Positions 47,900 to 61,847 of a stretch of DNA of 64,000 nt are shown piece by piece (position 1 is the stretch's first letter; each line of letters opens with the position of its first letter). The notes beneath the pieces are model-generated. The model saw only the letters and a program-made list of their open reading frames with translations, made no database searches and was not told where the DNA came from. The position numbers and the translations under genes are program-made. The DNA is from Flaccisagitta enflata (lineage: Eukaryota): positions 6,386,001 through 6,450,000 of the forward strand of contig OZ231126.1 in assembly GCA_965153355.1 (NCBI GenBank), given 5' to 3'.

Positions 47900-49025
47900 C
47901 AGTGCGATGCATAAAAAAAGATACAAGCCTAGAGATTGACCTCAGATCCTAAATCTGAGTCCTTGTGAATTTCCCCATTTCTCTTTTATATGTGGCCGGT
48001 CCGAAGGTAGTATGAGCATGAGCTCTAGCTTGAGCTAATCTGCTTGAATTTGGACCTGAAGGATACCTTGGCGTATGCACATAACTCTGTTCATCTCATT
48101 AACCAAAATTTTGAACTTCTTAGGGGCCCCAAGGGGCCTCAAAAAAGCCCTTAATGAGGATTTTTTTTTGAAAAAAAAAGTGGGGTGCAATCGATGGGAA
48201 ATTGCTTGATTCGCCTAGATCCAAAATCTTGTAATTTCACTTTTTGAAAAAAAAAACTTAAAAAATTTTTGTATTGGCCATATTTTAAAAGAAAGTTTAA
48301 AGATTCTCCTGGAATTTTTTCAGCTTGATATGGTTCAAACAAATGCTCATAACTTCTAAAGTATTTGAGCCAGAACCTTGAAATTTGAAACGTGCAATAT
48401 TGAAAGCGCTGAGCAGGTCCATGCAAAAGATTGAGTTACTGACTGACCTGGGAAAGTTTTCGAGTTAAGTCTATACAAGCCAAAGTTCATTTTTTCGGTT
48501 CATCTTGGGAGCATTTGAAAGAGCTTCAAAAAATGGAGACATTGCCATCAAGCCTAAAGAGTTTGATCAATTTGACTAAATTCTATGATAAAACAAAGAC
48601 AAGGTATCAAAAACAGCAATGAAAATTGTGACCTTTTTTTGCTGCTTTCAAGAAAGGAATATTTTTACTTAAATTAACATAACTCTTAATCAAATTGAGC
48701 AACAGATGCCAGATACGACTCAGATGGAGGCTATTTTGAAGGCTTTCCAAATGTCATGGATTTTTATTAGTTCGAAATCAATTCAAGGAATCTTGATATG
48801 ATTAAAGTTAATTTTAATAGTTAAAGATCTTGCATCAATTGATAACACCTAGTTTTCAATTTATTATAAAATCTAGTCAAATAGACCAAAATGTCTGTGA
48901 TTGGTGCCAATTACTTCATTTCTTTCAATTCTTTGGATTTCTCATGGAAAAAAGTTTTTTATAAGTGATTTTAGAGAATAGAAATCTTGGACATAAAATT
49001 TGTATCTATTTTATGCATCGCACTG
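47900..49025. mobile_element. Tc1/mariner-like non-autonomous element with CAGTGCGATGCATAAAA TIRs
   Basis: About 28-bp TIRs; inserted at the TA of CTCAACATATGTATAT, whose empty site is visible near 57311. Confidence 0.8.
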
Positions 49026-49577
49026 TATGTATATCATACAAATTTCAAAATGACTTTTTATCGGGATGTGATAACTATAAACCTCATTATTTGGGTCGAG
49101 AAAGTCACTCGTTGGAATAAACTCAATTAGTGAGGAAAATCTTAATTTCAGGTTGAACTTTCTACAATGGGAAGATCAGATAAGTGGAAGGAAGGTGGGA
49201 TCAAGTTCAACAGACATATCTGGTGCTTTATCTGGTCACAATCACATCGTACAAATAGCTGACATTTTTTGACTACTCTTTGGCGAAACTAGCTTAGATT
49301 TAGAAAGATATAAGCATACTAACTGGCTAAACTGGCCCACTACGCTACTTTCCAGCCGGCCTATTGGCCTTACAGTAAGAAACTATAAAAGAAAATACTT
49401 TATTTGGTTTTTGGAGGTATTCAGTGTTTTACATCTGTTTGTTATAAAATAGAGGTACATCACCAATATTTTTTGTCAAATTGTAGGGCTGAGGCAAAGT
49501 TTGGCAACCTGTCTGACTTTAAATATATCGCGTGAGCTTGTTTGCCTGTTTCATTTTTTTTGATTTTTTTATTTTTG

Positions 49578-49857
49578 CAAGGATGTATATAGTTGCACGA
49601 CCTTGGATTTCTTTCCCCCCCTGGTCCTTTGATTTTCTTCCCCGCGGGGTCGATCTCCTATTGATTTTCTTCCCTATATACCCCTAAAATAGTGTAGAAC
49701 CTAAATATTACACTTCAGTACTATCAAAAGTGTAAAATCCTCTATATTTTTCATCTTTTCATTTTTCCACCCTTTGATTTCCTTCCCCATTTCCAAATCC
49801 TTTGGTTTTATTCTCCCCCTGCCTGGGGGGATGAATGTGCAACTATATACAGGCCTG
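49578..49857. mobile_element. hAT-like MITE related to 40338-40632
   Basis: TGTATATAGTTGCAC inverted ends; 7 of 8 matching T-rich TSD. Confidence 0.65.
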
Positions 49858-51914
49858 TTTTTTTGCCATGAAAACTAGACCAGTAGGCCTGCGCCTAAGC
49901 AAATTTTTACAATTACGCCATAATGCGAAAACGCCGACAGGATTCTCTGTTTCTGGACTATTGACTAAATAACTATAATATCGTTCTCAAACGGAGAAAT
50001 ATGACTCTTTTTAACTCAAATGGTGCAAAATGAAGAAACTACAAATTTTGTACATTTTTGTATATTTTTGGTCACGTCGAATATTTTTTGACGTGGTCAG
50101 TAACATATTTGCTATTTGATCCCTCACGCTTGATCATCGATATCTATTGCATTGTGCACTGATGATGAAAATGATTAGTAAGAGAGAACTTTGCAAGTGG
50201 CGTTTCATACGTGTAAAGTGAGCAGGCTGTGACTAAATAGGTCACATCAATTTTAGCAGATAATTTGTAAGACCTGTTATTGCGCTCCCGCGTTTAGGAC
50301 ATGCCTGCTTACAATGTTGATGATCTGATGTCCCATAATCTTGCTCGGTTTATATGTGTGCATCTGTCATCCTCTTGCGAAATTACCAAGAAACCTGGGG
50401 TTAAGTTATCGTCGCGGGTGGGTGGGCAGGGATGATCAACCCACCACCCCACCACACACTCACACAACCCCCACATACAATCAGACAACCCCCGACACAA
50501 TCGCAATATTTGAAATGCGCGTTTTCCCACTTTTCAACTCAAGCTTGACCAACGGACCAATGGACCGACAGAGAACTGCAAGTCCGCGACTAAAAACCCT
50601 ACAAAGTAATTAGTGGCAACAAGGCGGGTTCACCTTGATACAGAATTTTGGTGCCCATCCCATATGGGGGAATGGGATCAAGCCACAATCAAATTTTCTT
50701 CGGGGCGCTTTTTCGAAAAGATAGTGAATTTTATTTTGCACAGGTAAATTTCTGGGCTGGTTTAATTTACTGATTGTTTTTTTCTCAATCTTGATTAGAT
50801 TTTTCCCCTTTTTAGGTCGCACCTCAAAGTTTAAAGACTAAATTTTCAATTTTAAACCCCCACTAAAGACAACGGCGGTTTAAGATTGAAGTTTTGATTT
50901 CTTTTTGAAACTATATGATGCGAACTATTCAGCTGGAGGAAATTTTAGGACAATAAATATGATTAAACAGGTCGCCCAAGGACAATATGTGGTCATCAAT
51001 ACCCATTACCTTGCTTTGCATGATTATAAATTGGAGTGAAAGGAAGTGGGGCAGCGACTCTGAGGGGATGAAGTCCTGTAGAACACAGGAGAACTTTTGT
51101 TCTTCCGACCGTCCATCTGTCTGTTTGACTGTCTCCCCCAGGCCCTCTGAAGCCTGAAGTCTATCTTATCAGGCTTGAAATTTGCCCTCTCACGCCTGAA
51201 ATCTGCCTTCTTAGGCCTGAAATCTGCTCTCTCAGGCCTGAAATCCGCCCTGAAATCCGCCCTCTCAGGCCTGAAATCTGCCCTGTCAGGCCTGAAATTT
51301 GCCCCATCAGGCCCAAATTCTGCCCTTCCAAGCCTTTAATCTGCCTGAGAGGGCAGATTTAAGGTCTGAGAGGATAGATTGCAAGCCTGAGGGCAGATTT
51401 CACGCCTAATAGGGCAGATTTCAGGCTTAAGAGAGCCTGGGGGGGATAGCCAGATAATCAAACGAAAGTCCCCTTGTGTTCCAAGGGACTTCGTCCCCTT
51501 TGGAGCCACTGCCCAAAAAACCAGGTTAACCCTGCGGATTAAAATTTGAATGCTTGAAAATGCTGATAGTTATTTTAAGTTGTGTAAATTAAGTTTTATT
51601 TTGTTATAGAAAATTGTTTATTATATGTGTTTATTGATATAGAAATAGTTTTTTTAGTTTAAGAAAAAAATGTAATTTAAAATTCGGATTGATATTGAAA
51701 ACAGGAAAAGTGAAATGTAATTTATGATATAGTTGATACAATCCAGGTGTTCATCCTCAGTGTGAAAATGTAGATTTTACATGGAATTTTAGATTTAGGT
51801 TATTCCTCAAGCTAGATTTATCATCAAATTTGGGTATAGTGAATGATATTGTTCCATGTTTTATATGTATGATTTTATCACAATGATATATTTCTTTAAT
51901 CTTGTGTATAAGTA

Positions 51915-52470
51915 CAGTAGATCTTGTCTAGACTTGAGATAACGGGGGCAAGCATTGTGGAAAGACGAATGAAGGCAGGGGAGCGATATTTGGATTATAG
52001 ATTAATCAAAGGATGCTAAATTCCCCATGATGGCTAGTTGCCGTGGAAACACATTTCCATGTATTTCTGCTAAAATATCAACATTTAGAGAGATTTTTTC
52101 AGGGAATATTGCATAGAATCAAATTTGCTACAACTTTCCCACAGTATATTCTGTAAGAATATTGCTTGTTTGGCCGTTGCTAGGGAGGGTATCCATGTGT
52201 GACAACCCCTAGCAACCGCTAAACGAACAACATTCTTACAGAACATATTGTGGGAAAGTTGTATCAAATCTAATTCTAAAAAATGTTCCATCAAAAAAAT
52301 CAAAATATTGATGTTTTAGCGAAAATATATAGAAATGCGTTTCCATTGCAACCAGCTATTATAGGCAATAAAGCATACCTTTATTAGTCTGTTTTAAACA
52401 TCACTCCCCTGGCTTAATTTGTTTTTCTATAATGCTTGTCCCCGTTCTCAAGTCTAGATGAGATCTACTA
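51915..52470. mobile_element. Foldback MITE, same family as 11406-11949
   Basis: Shared CAGTAGAT..TCTAGACTTG ends and ACTTTCCCACAGTAT..TCTGTAAGAATAT core. Confidence 0.85.
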
Positions 52471-52705
52471 TGTATAAAGAATTAATCGTTTAAATCTTAG
52501 CCAGCACGCGTTATTGTGGAAATCGCCTGTAGATATTGTAGACGAAAAGCAGTGTGGTAGTGGCACGATTCCTGTACTTACAGATAATTCTGTATTTTAA
52601 GGTCTTTCAGCATAATTTATACACGTATACATGTAGTTCGTGGTTTTCTATGCCCATTTTATCCGTTGTAATGTGGCTGTCCACATAACCGCCTTGAGCG
52701 TGGAC

Positions 52706-52769
52706 TCAGTCATTGTGAATTGAGTTTCTGTCCGTGATCGACTTTCCCGTTTCTAATAAAACAGTAAGC
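52706..52769 (+). promoter_or_regulatory. Candidate PEPCK TSS (TCAGTC initiator-like) and non-coding first exon ending at gtaagc donor
   Basis: TCAGT at 52706-52710, donor at 52764, upstream of the ATG microexon; inference only. Confidence 0.3.
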
Positions 52770-53256
52770 CAATGAAATGGACAATTTCACACAATGGCAA
52801 AGCCCGCGCTTAAGGTCATCATGTGCAAGTAATCGACGTTTCGACGATTTTTCTTTTACTGGTCAATTTATTTCACTTTTTGCATCTTTTTGGGGGTGGG
52901 CTTCATTTTTTCAGTTCTAGCAATTTTTTTTTGAATTTTCGTGAATACTCCCTTGAAAAGGATGGTTTTTTTTTTCACGCAATTCGTATATGCAAAACGA
53001 ATTTTTGCGTGCGTGTCTGAAGTAACGAGAACGAGAATTTAAATGGTCCCCAATTTCTCTTTATTTTTTTTTGTCCCTCCCGTTTGGAGAGGAGAGATGG
53101 TTTTTGTTCTCTTTCCCAAAACCGTCGCGCGTTGAGAATGAATATTGTCTCCGTTTTCAACTCTCCAAGTTAGTGTCATCTTAATTAAGCCGAATTAACG
53201 AAGGAGGCCTGGGACCGTCAACGAGCGGCCTTTCACTCTCTCGCATTTCTCTCTAG

Positions 53257-53272
53257 GCATGACCTCGACGAC
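53257..53272 (+). CDS. PCK: Putative 16-nt PEPCK start-codon microexon (GC ATG ACC TCG ACG AC)
   Basis: Strong pyrimidine tract plus tag acceptor, gtaatt donor; phase-2 end fits the exon at 56412. Confidence 0.45.
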
Positions 53273-53811
53273 GTAATTTAGCATCTGTGAACTTGGTTGC
53301 ATTTCTATAACTTGGTAAAGAATTAAGAGACTAATACTTTATGATTATAATATTAGGTTGTGCCCATTTGTTGGTCCATCCTTGGGTTTGTGAAGCTCAA
53401 TCAAAGATGGTCGATAACATAGGGTAATTTTTTTCTGCCAGACAGAGAAAGTAAAACGACAAATGAAAATATAAAATTCCAATGATACGTCATTGCCGTG
53501 CTTTACAAGATGATGCAACAATTGCAACATCTTATCAGCCTAGTGTTTGTATGACGGCAAGGTGTGTAGGAAACGTATTGTGTTAGAGTACTGGTTTAAA
53601 GTGCCCTTTGGGGTGTGTATTTGTTCGGGTAATGTTAGTGCTAAAAAATTCAGTCCAGCCAAGATAATGCATAATAAGGTTATTGTTCTACTTCTGGCCT
53701 CTACTGATTTCGTGCACCACGTGTTATGCGTCATCTGGGAGAGAAATGGGACTTCAATGAGACCCAACTTGCTCATCGCCTCAATAATGCCAAAACGTGG
53801 GGGTTGGGGCG

Positions 53812-54180
53812 ACCAACCAACCGGCCGGCACACTGACCAGAACAACTGGCCACCGACCAACCAACTGGCCACTGACCGGACCAACCAACTGGCCACTGAC
53901 TGGACCATCCAACTGGCCACTGACTGGACCATCCAACTGGCCACTGACTGGACCAACCAACTGGTCACTGACTGGACTAACCAACCGGCAACCAGCCATT
54001 GACTGTACCAACCAACTGGCCACTCACTGGACCAACCAACTGGCCACTGACCAGACCAACTGGCCATTGACTGGACCAACCGACTGGCCACTGATTGGAC
54101 CAACCAACCGGCCACAGACCAGACCAACCAACCGGCCATTGACTGGATCAATCAACCGGCCACTGGCCGGACCACTGACT
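53812..54180. repeat. 24-bp minisatellite CCACTGACTGGACCAACCAACTGG
   Basis: Direct periodicity. Confidence 0.85.
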
Positions 54181-55356
54181 ATCAATCAAACATGTGTGAG
54201 TTATAGTCGTTTACTCAACGAGTCTTGCACCTCTAGCAGCTGGCCCTATATCTTTAAGTTGATAGAACTCGCGTCGATGTCAGGATCAACTCCTCAGACA
54301 ATTCTGGTGTTCTCCGTACTCCGTCAACAACGAAGTTGACGTGGCTTTTGGATGCGAGCGTGTGGGTGTGCTTACTTTGAAGTTGATCACGAACGGGTTG
54401 CGCGATCGTTTGGCGCGCGCGTGACTGTTCCGTTAATTGTTGGTGTGTAGTGAGCGTGTTTGGCTTTCAGATTCTGCGTGGATGTGATGGTTTTGTCTCG
54501 ATGTGAATGTTTTAGCACCTATAACGCATGATGAAGCTACTTCCAGTAGGCCCAGTGTGCTGAAATGTTTAACTGATGTTAGGTTGTACCTTTAGCCCAC
54601 TACAGCCCAAATTTCTTCCCATTCCATTGGGTAAACTAGCATTTTACTTTTCGTGCTTTTAATATTTGCTATGCTGTGACAAAAATCTTTATACATGTGT
54701 CATGTGGTTTTTGTCAGTTGTCTAGGGTCTGTGTCTTTGTAGGATGAAATGGATTTGTTGGATGGCTTGTTTGGTTGATTGTTGGTTGGGTTTTTTAATT
54801 TATTTTTTTTTTGGGGGGGGGGGCTAGCAGTGTGAGCCCATGTGATTGTGTATTGCTGCATGAATGTGAACATGACAGTGTGTGTTGGTGTGTTGGACTG
54901 TTGGTATGTGAATATTAGTGTTGGTGTTTGTGTATGTGTGTCTTGATTTGTCGGAATGTGATTTGGTGTATTTTACATAGTAGGTGTACGTGTTTCTCTC
55001 CCTCACAAACAGAAAGTAGCCCAAAATGGGTTCAAAGAAAGGTCAAAAGCTCCTCTATATTTCTATCTCTCTCTCTCTCTTCCTCTTGTGACGGTGAGCA
55101 GATTAGTGCCCTTCATCTACTTCTCTTATCACGTTGAACGCGCTCTCTTCGCGATTTAAGTGAGACTTATGGACGTCCGTCATTCTCATACCATTTTTTG
55201 TCGGAGAAAAAAGTTTTGAAGATGAAGAGAAGTTTCTTTTTTGGTTATAGCACTTGTAAAAAAATGTCTCAAGCCACCGAGAGAAAGCAAAGGGAGAAAG
55301 GGAAAGAGAGAGAGAGAGCGAGAGAGCGAGAGAGCGAGAGAGCGAGAGAGCGAGAG

Positions 55357-55429
<73 letters not shown>

Positions 55430-56411
55430 CGTTTTCCTTTTTTTGATATTCTATATAAGCTGACCCGAAACAACGCGAAATTTCCCCTCTTAGACTCTCT
55501 CTCTTTCTACCAAATTGAATTAAGAACATCAACCCCAATTAGTCGATGTTTCTCTCGTATAGGAGAAAGTGAGAAAAAGAGACTGAAGAGAGAAAGCATT
55601 CGGTATAAGGAGATGGAGATGGAGTTTTTTTTAACGGAATGTGTGTCTGTGTGTGAACAAATGTGTGTGTGTGTGTGTGTGTGTTAAATCTGCGTGCACT
55701 CAGTACTTTTTCGTCGGAAGAGTGAAAGTAAGAAATTAAATCATGATTCGAGTTTTTGATCATGCGCAAAATCTACCAACGTGTTTGCTGGGTTGATCGT
55801 GCATAGTGTTTCTTAGTCTTGAATACTGTACCAGTGGATGCAAGTTGATGGAGTTTTATATGGCGCTGTGCCCTGTGGTTGATTGTACCTCTGTTAATTG
55901 TACCTCTTTTCTGATTTCTACAGTGTTTTCTAGTTTTCGGGCAGCGGCCCCGAAGGGGTCGATGACCTATGCTTTCACATATATGGTGACTTTTCTCCTT
56001 CTCCTACGTACCCCCCCCCCCTCGAATCCGTCTCAAGGCCCTAATTCTAGTCTCGAGGACCAAATCCCTGTCTCGAGGACCAAACCCCGGCCTCGAGGCC
56101 CAAATCCTAGCCTCAAGGCTCTAATCTCAGCCTTGAGGTCCACGTCCAAATCCCAGCCATGCCAACAGGCCCGGATCCCTCCCCTGAGGATGAGATTTGT
56201 GCCTCCAGGCTGGGATCTGGCCCTCCAGGCTAGGATTTGGGCCTTAAGGCTAGAATTTGGGCCTCAAGGCGGGGATTTGGCCCTCTGCGCCCCCCCCCCC
56301 ACCGCTGCTTACGGTCGTGTATCTTATTTGGCCTTGCCCTTGCTCCGTGTTTCATGCCAAGCGACTTCTTTGATTCTAGATATCATATCCTTTGAATTTC
56401 TCTCTGAACAG

Positions 56412-56494
56412 GTTGGTGTCGAGATGCATCGCTCCCGTCAGCGCCGCCTTTCCCAAAAAGAAGAACTTTTTGGAGAGGGAAAATACAAACAGCA
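56412..56494 (+). CDS. PCK: Putative PEPCK N-terminal exon (LVSRCIAPVSAAFPKKKNFLERENTNS)
   Basis: acag| acceptor, gtaagt donor, in frame with the next exon; presequence-like composition. Confidence 0.55.
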
Positions 56495-56828
56495 GTAAGT
56501 ATCTCATATTAGTCAAAAGCTTATGACTGAAGGAGCGAAGATTGTCTCTGTCGGTGATTTCTTTTGTTCCTGTTGACATTTTAGACTGTTTTTTTACGGT
56601 CACGTGACTGAGTCACTTTTTGGTTTGTCCATTCGTCCGTTTGTCGGTTTCAAGGACTTTTCAATGACTTTTTAAGGAAATTTTTCAAGGATATGAATTT
56701 TTCAAGATACTTCAAGGACTAGAACTTTTTAAGGAATTAAATATTTCAAAAACATGGATTTTTCATGGATTTGAATTCTCAAGAACTGAGTCTTAATGTT
56801 TCAATTACTTTCTCAATGACTTATGCAG

Positions 56829-56950
56829 AAAAGACGCTTGTGAGAAAGATACATCATCAGGCCACTGCCATGTTCCATCAACTGGCTACAGAACAGGAAA
56901 GAATCACTATTCCAATCGTCCATGGGGACCTGACAAGACTGCAACCAAAG
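56829..56950 (+). CDS. PCK: PEPCK exon (KTLVRKIHHQATAMFHQL...IVHGDLTRLQPK)
   Basis: gcag| acceptor, AAG|gtaac donor; GDL..L.PK/VR.F continuity with the next exon. Confidence 0.8.
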
Positions 56951-57189
56951 GTAACTGGCTCTACTCTTTGTCGCCTGTTGGTGAGCAGGGCTAGTGTTTT
57001 TGTCCGCGACGGAATATCATTCCGACGCGGACTATAATTCAAGGCGGGTGGGTGTCGTCGTCGTTGTCGTCGTTGTCGTCGTCACGGATTTTAAAAAATG
57101 GATAACTTTTTAATGCTTTGACCGATTTGGTTCATATTTGGTGGGAAGTTGTACTAGGGTAAGGCGCTTTACATCCTATCCGATTTTTG

Positions 57190-58090
57190 TGATCCGACCA
57201 ACCCAACCGGCCCAACCAGCCTACCGGCCAAAAAGTGAAGAACGCGCATAACTTTGGCATTTTTCAACCAATTTGGCTGAAATTTGGTATCGAGTCTCTA
57301 AATGGAAGGACTCAACATATGTATATGATTTATATGCATTTGAGCATGCTAACCGGCCAAACCGACCTACCACCCAACCAGCCAACCGGCCTAAAAGTGA
57401 AAAACTTGCATAACTTTGTCATTTTTCAACTGATTTGGTTGAAACTTGGTATGGAGTCTCTAAATGGAAGAACTCAACATATGCACACTATTTTTCCTGT
57501 CAAACCAGCCTACCACCCAACCAGCCTACCAGCCTAAAGGTGAAAAACGTGCATAACTTTGGCGTTTTTTAACCGATTTGGTTGAAATTTGGTATGGAGT
57601 TTCTAAATGGAAGGACTCAACATATGTATGTGATTTATATGCATTTGAGCATGCTAACCGGCCAAACCGACCTACCACCCAACCAGCCAACTGGCCTAAA
57701 GTGAAAAACTTGCATAACTTTGTCATTTTTCAACTAATTGGGTTGAAACTTGGTATGGAGACTTTAAATGGAAGAACTCAACATATGCACACTATTTATC
57801 CTGTCAAACCAGCCTACCACCCAACCAGCCTACCAGCCCCAAAGTGCAAAACTTGCCTAACTTTGATATTTTTCAACCAAATCGGTTGAAACTTGTTAAA
57901 GAGTTTCTCAATGGAGGAACTCAACATTTGCATACTATCAATTCTGTCAAACCAGCCTACCACCCATCCAGCCTACCACCCAACCAGCTTACCAGCCTAA
58001 AAGTGAAAAACGGGTATAACTTTGTCATTTTTCAACCAATTTGCTTGAAACTTGGTATAGGGACTTTAAATGGAAAGACTCAATATATGT
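57190..58090. repeat. Dimeric tandem repeat (about 162 + 143 = 305 bp)
   Basis: GTGAAAAAC..GCATAACTTTG-type motif near 57231, 57393, 57536, 57698, 57841 and 57999. Confidence 0.8.
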
Positions 58091-59481
58091 TCTTGATTTA
58101 GATTCATTTAGTAGGGTTTGTGATCTTTTGGTCATAGCGATCTTATGAAATTAGTGGTCTTTAACCCCCTTCCGTCGCGGACCCAATTACTGATCAGATT
58201 TTTATTGCAAGGTCACAAATATCGTAAGCATAGGTAAGAAAAAAAACAAACATTGTAAGCATAGGTAAGAAAAAAAAAAAAAAAAACAAAAACACAACAC
58301 TCACCAACTGACCGCGAATTAATTTCAAGGGTTCATGCTTTGCTGGGGGAATATAAATGCTTGGAAAATAGCCTTAATTGTATCAATGAAAAACAAGGCC
58401 GGATACACGGCTACCCAAGTCGCGTGGGCAGGGCCAGTGATGAACAGGTCGCCCAAGGGCAATATGTGGTCAGCGATACCCGTTGCCCTGCTTTGAGTGA
58501 TTGTGAATTGGAGGGAGGGGGAAGCAAGGCAGCGGCCCTGAAGGGGACGAAGTCTTGCAGAACACGGGGGAACTTTCGTTCGTCCTGCCTGAGAAAGGGG
58601 ATGAGATGCTATAGAGGGCTGACCAAATGCCTTCACGAGCCTAAACTGAGGTCTAAGAAGGTTGTTATAAGGCCTAAGAATGCCAATTGGAAGCTTGAGA
58701 GGGCTGACTTGAGGCTTGGGAGAGCTGGATCAAAACTTGAGATCAGAGGACTGATTTGAAGCCTGAGAGCAATAAATTGAGGCTTAGATTGCTGATTTGA
58801 AGCCTGAGAGGCCTAATCTGAGGCCTGAGAGGCTAGGTTTGAGGCCTGAGAATTTGGATTTGAGGTCTGAGAGGCCTAATTTGAGGCTTGAGAGGCCAGA
58901 TTTGAGGCCTGAGAGGTTGAATTTGAGGCCTGAGAGGTAAAATTTGAGGCCTGAGAGGCGAGATTTGAGGCCTGAGAGGCGAGATTTGAGGCCTGAGAGG
59001 CAAAATTTGAGGTTTGAGGGGCCTGAGGGGGGGACGGACAAACGAAAGAACGGACGGACAAACGAAAGTCCCACTGTGTTCTACAGGACTTCGTCCCCTT
59101 TGGGGACGCTGCCCAAAAAGGCTAACCCCGGCATTTGGTCTGGAGCAGTGATTCAGAAACTGCTTGTAAACGCCGCAATAGCCGAAAAAGTAGACAGCGA
59201 CCAATGAACCGACCGACCGACTGACAAAGCAGGTTATAGAGTCGCGTACATGCGACTAAAAAGTAAATGAAAAGTGTGAGAATTTTGAATGGTTATAGGG
59301 TCACATTCTATAACATAGAATGAATGAATAACGAAATTTATTAGTAGTAGAGCCAAAGTGACGAGAAGAAAAAAAAATGACTCTACAACCAAAAGGATGC
59401 TCGGACCGGAGACGGACGGTTGTAAACCCCACCTTCACCCTAACTGTAACAAAGGGGGCAATGTTGTTTCAACTTTCTTAG

Positions 59482-59586
59482 GTGCGAGATTTCATCGAGC
59501 GAAGCGCGTCAGTTTGTCAACCCAGCGCCATCCACATCTGCGACGGCTCTGACCGGGAGAATCTCCATATTTTGAACACGTTGCAG
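59482..59586 (+). CDS. PCK: PEPCK (GTP) exon (VRDFIERSASVCQPSAIHICDGSDRENLHILNTLQ)
   Basis: CQP..IHICDGS..EN motif; ttag| and CAG|gtac boundaries. Confidence 0.93.
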
Positions 59587-59903
59587 GTACATTTCGTAGA
59601 GGCATGGCGTAAGTCATTAGCGGGTTCACCGGATTCAGTCATACCCAAGAACAACTACTTTTTGGGAAACCTAAAGTTAAAATACGTGCTTGAATAAGTT
59701 TTCAAAAATAATTTTAATACAGTATTTATTTTTTTTTTAAGTAAAAAATGTAATAAAATTTTCATTGAGAAAAATAATTCAAAAAAAATCATCTGAACTT
59801 GATTTTCATCAAAGCAACGAGTGTTCTGAGGTTTCTCCTATGCTTCCTCTAATATCTGTTTGCTCATTTGTTTCCTCTAATATCTGATTTCTCATTTGTT
59901 AAG

Positions 59904-60040
59904 GACGCGGGTCAAGTGAAGAAACTTCCGAAGCACGAAAACTGTTGGTTAACTTTGACAGATCCGCGAGACGTCGCTCGCGTTGAAAGCAAGACTGTGA
60001 TATGCACCGATGACAAAAGAGAAACGGTTCCCGTTACGAG
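59904..60040 (+). CDS. PCK: PEPCK (GTP) exon (DAGQVKKLPKHENCWLTLTDPRDVARVESKTVIC...)
   Basis: ENCWL..TDPRDVARVESKT motif; aag| and AG|gtaag boundaries. Confidence 0.95.
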
Positions 60041-60289
60041 GTAAGAGGCCAAAAGTTTTGCGGCCCCAATTTTGGCCTTATTATGTACTATGGCCCCAGT
60101 TCTGTCTATGCGCCCATTTCCATCCATGCCAACCTCCCATCCCAAACTCTTCATCTTTTGGCTCAAAATCTTACCTTGAGGCTCCATTTTTGTCCCCGAC
60201 GAACAGTTTTCGTCGGTGACTATGTGATGGACCTGATCGTTTAGTCTGTCGTCGTCGTTGTTGTTGGCGTTTAAAACCTTCTCATATCT

Positions 60290-60930
60290 TTTGAACCAGA
60301 CCTCAGAAGTTCATGAAACTTTACCAGTGTTATTTTTATGTCAATGGGAGCTTGTATACCAACTTTCAGAAAAATTCATTAACTTTTACTACCCTTTGCC
60401 TATTACTTTTGTAGTAATATTTAGCTGGGACTTAGGTGGTTTACATAGGTAGAGGGTAGTAAAGGTTTATGAATTATTTTTTAATTTGGTATGCAAGCAG
60501 AGGGTAGTAAATAAACAACCCCTGCAAAATTCGAATTAAATCTGAGGTCTGGTTCCTGAGATATTAGCTTATTTATGTAGTAGTATGTTGCTAGGACTTA
60601 GGCAATTTACATAGGCAAAGGGTAGTAAAGGTGTGTGAATTTTTTTCTAATTTGGTACACAAGTAGAGGGTAGTAAATAACTAACCCCTGCAAAATTCGA
60701 ATTAAATCTGAAGTCTGGTTTATGAGATATCAGCTTATTTATGTAGTAATATGTTACTATGACTTAGGCAGTTTACATAGGCAAAGGGTAGCAAAGTTAT
60801 GTGAATTTTTTTTTAATTTGGTATACAAGTAAAGGATATTAATTGAACTGCCCCTGCAAAATTTGAATTAAATCTGAAGTCTTGTTTATAAGATATTAGC
60901 TTATTAATGTAGTAATATGTTACTAGGACA
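60290..60930. repeat. About 170-bp tandem repeat with a partial inverted copy at its left end
   Basis: CCCCTGCAAAATTYGAATTAAATCTGA recurs at about 60519, 60685 and 60850. Confidence 0.7.
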
Positions 60931-61056
60931 TAGATTTATATAGAGCATTGGAGTTCTTTTACTTGCTCACTTATTACATTCTGATTTTATAAAATAGATT
61001 TGAGTTGATGAAAATTTTTACTTGTTCATTCATTACATTCTGTTTTTCTTTAGGTT

Positions 61057-61295
61057 TGCCATCATGGATCATCAGGTATGCCATCATGGACTTCAAGGTA
61101 TGCCACCATGGACTTGAACATATGCCACCATGGATATCAAGGTATGCCACCATGGACATCAATGTATGCCACCATGGACATCAATGTATGCCACCATGGA
61201 CATCAAGGTATGCCACCATGGACTTCAAGGTATGCCACCATGGACTTCAAGGTATGCCACCATGGACTTCAAGGTATGCCACCATGGACTTCAAG
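61057..61295. repeat. 22-bp minisatellite GTATGCCACCATGGACTTCAAG (second block at about 61966-62110)
   Basis: Direct periodicity. Confidence 0.9.
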
Positions 61296-61766
61296 AAGCG
61301 ATGTATGGCAGCTTGGAGCCTAGGGACTTCACAGCCAATTCCAAGCACAACAGCAAATCTAAGCACAACAGCCTTTTAAGTTATTTGTTTTGATTTCTAA
61401 GCCAATACTGAACAAAAAGTAACAAATAAAAGAGTGATTCTCATTTAGATGGGTATTTCTTTATCAAATAGATCTGTTTTCATTTGATTAATATTTCAGT
61501 TTGGGTATACTGAAGGACATTATTCCACTTATGGAACAATTCAGTGTACTGTGCAATAAAAAATGAATAACCAAGAAATGTATGACAGGTAGTGGCAAAG
61601 CATACTAATTATCAACACATATGATCATATCAATCAAGCCTTTGCCTCATTTTGTTTTACAAACTCGTTTATCATTTCTTCACTAGGATTTGATTCAATG
61701 AATCTTTTTCTGTTTTGTTTATCTGTCTGTCTGCCTGTGTCTGTCTAACTGTCAGCCAGTCTCTCT

Positions 61767-61847
<81 letters not shown>

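Noticed and set aside
47898-47904. CACAGTG heptamer suggesting a second Transib end
   Set aside because: It comes from a TA>CA-mutated target site plus a CAGTG Tc1/mariner-type TIR; the other end reads CACTG|TA and the empty site is TA.
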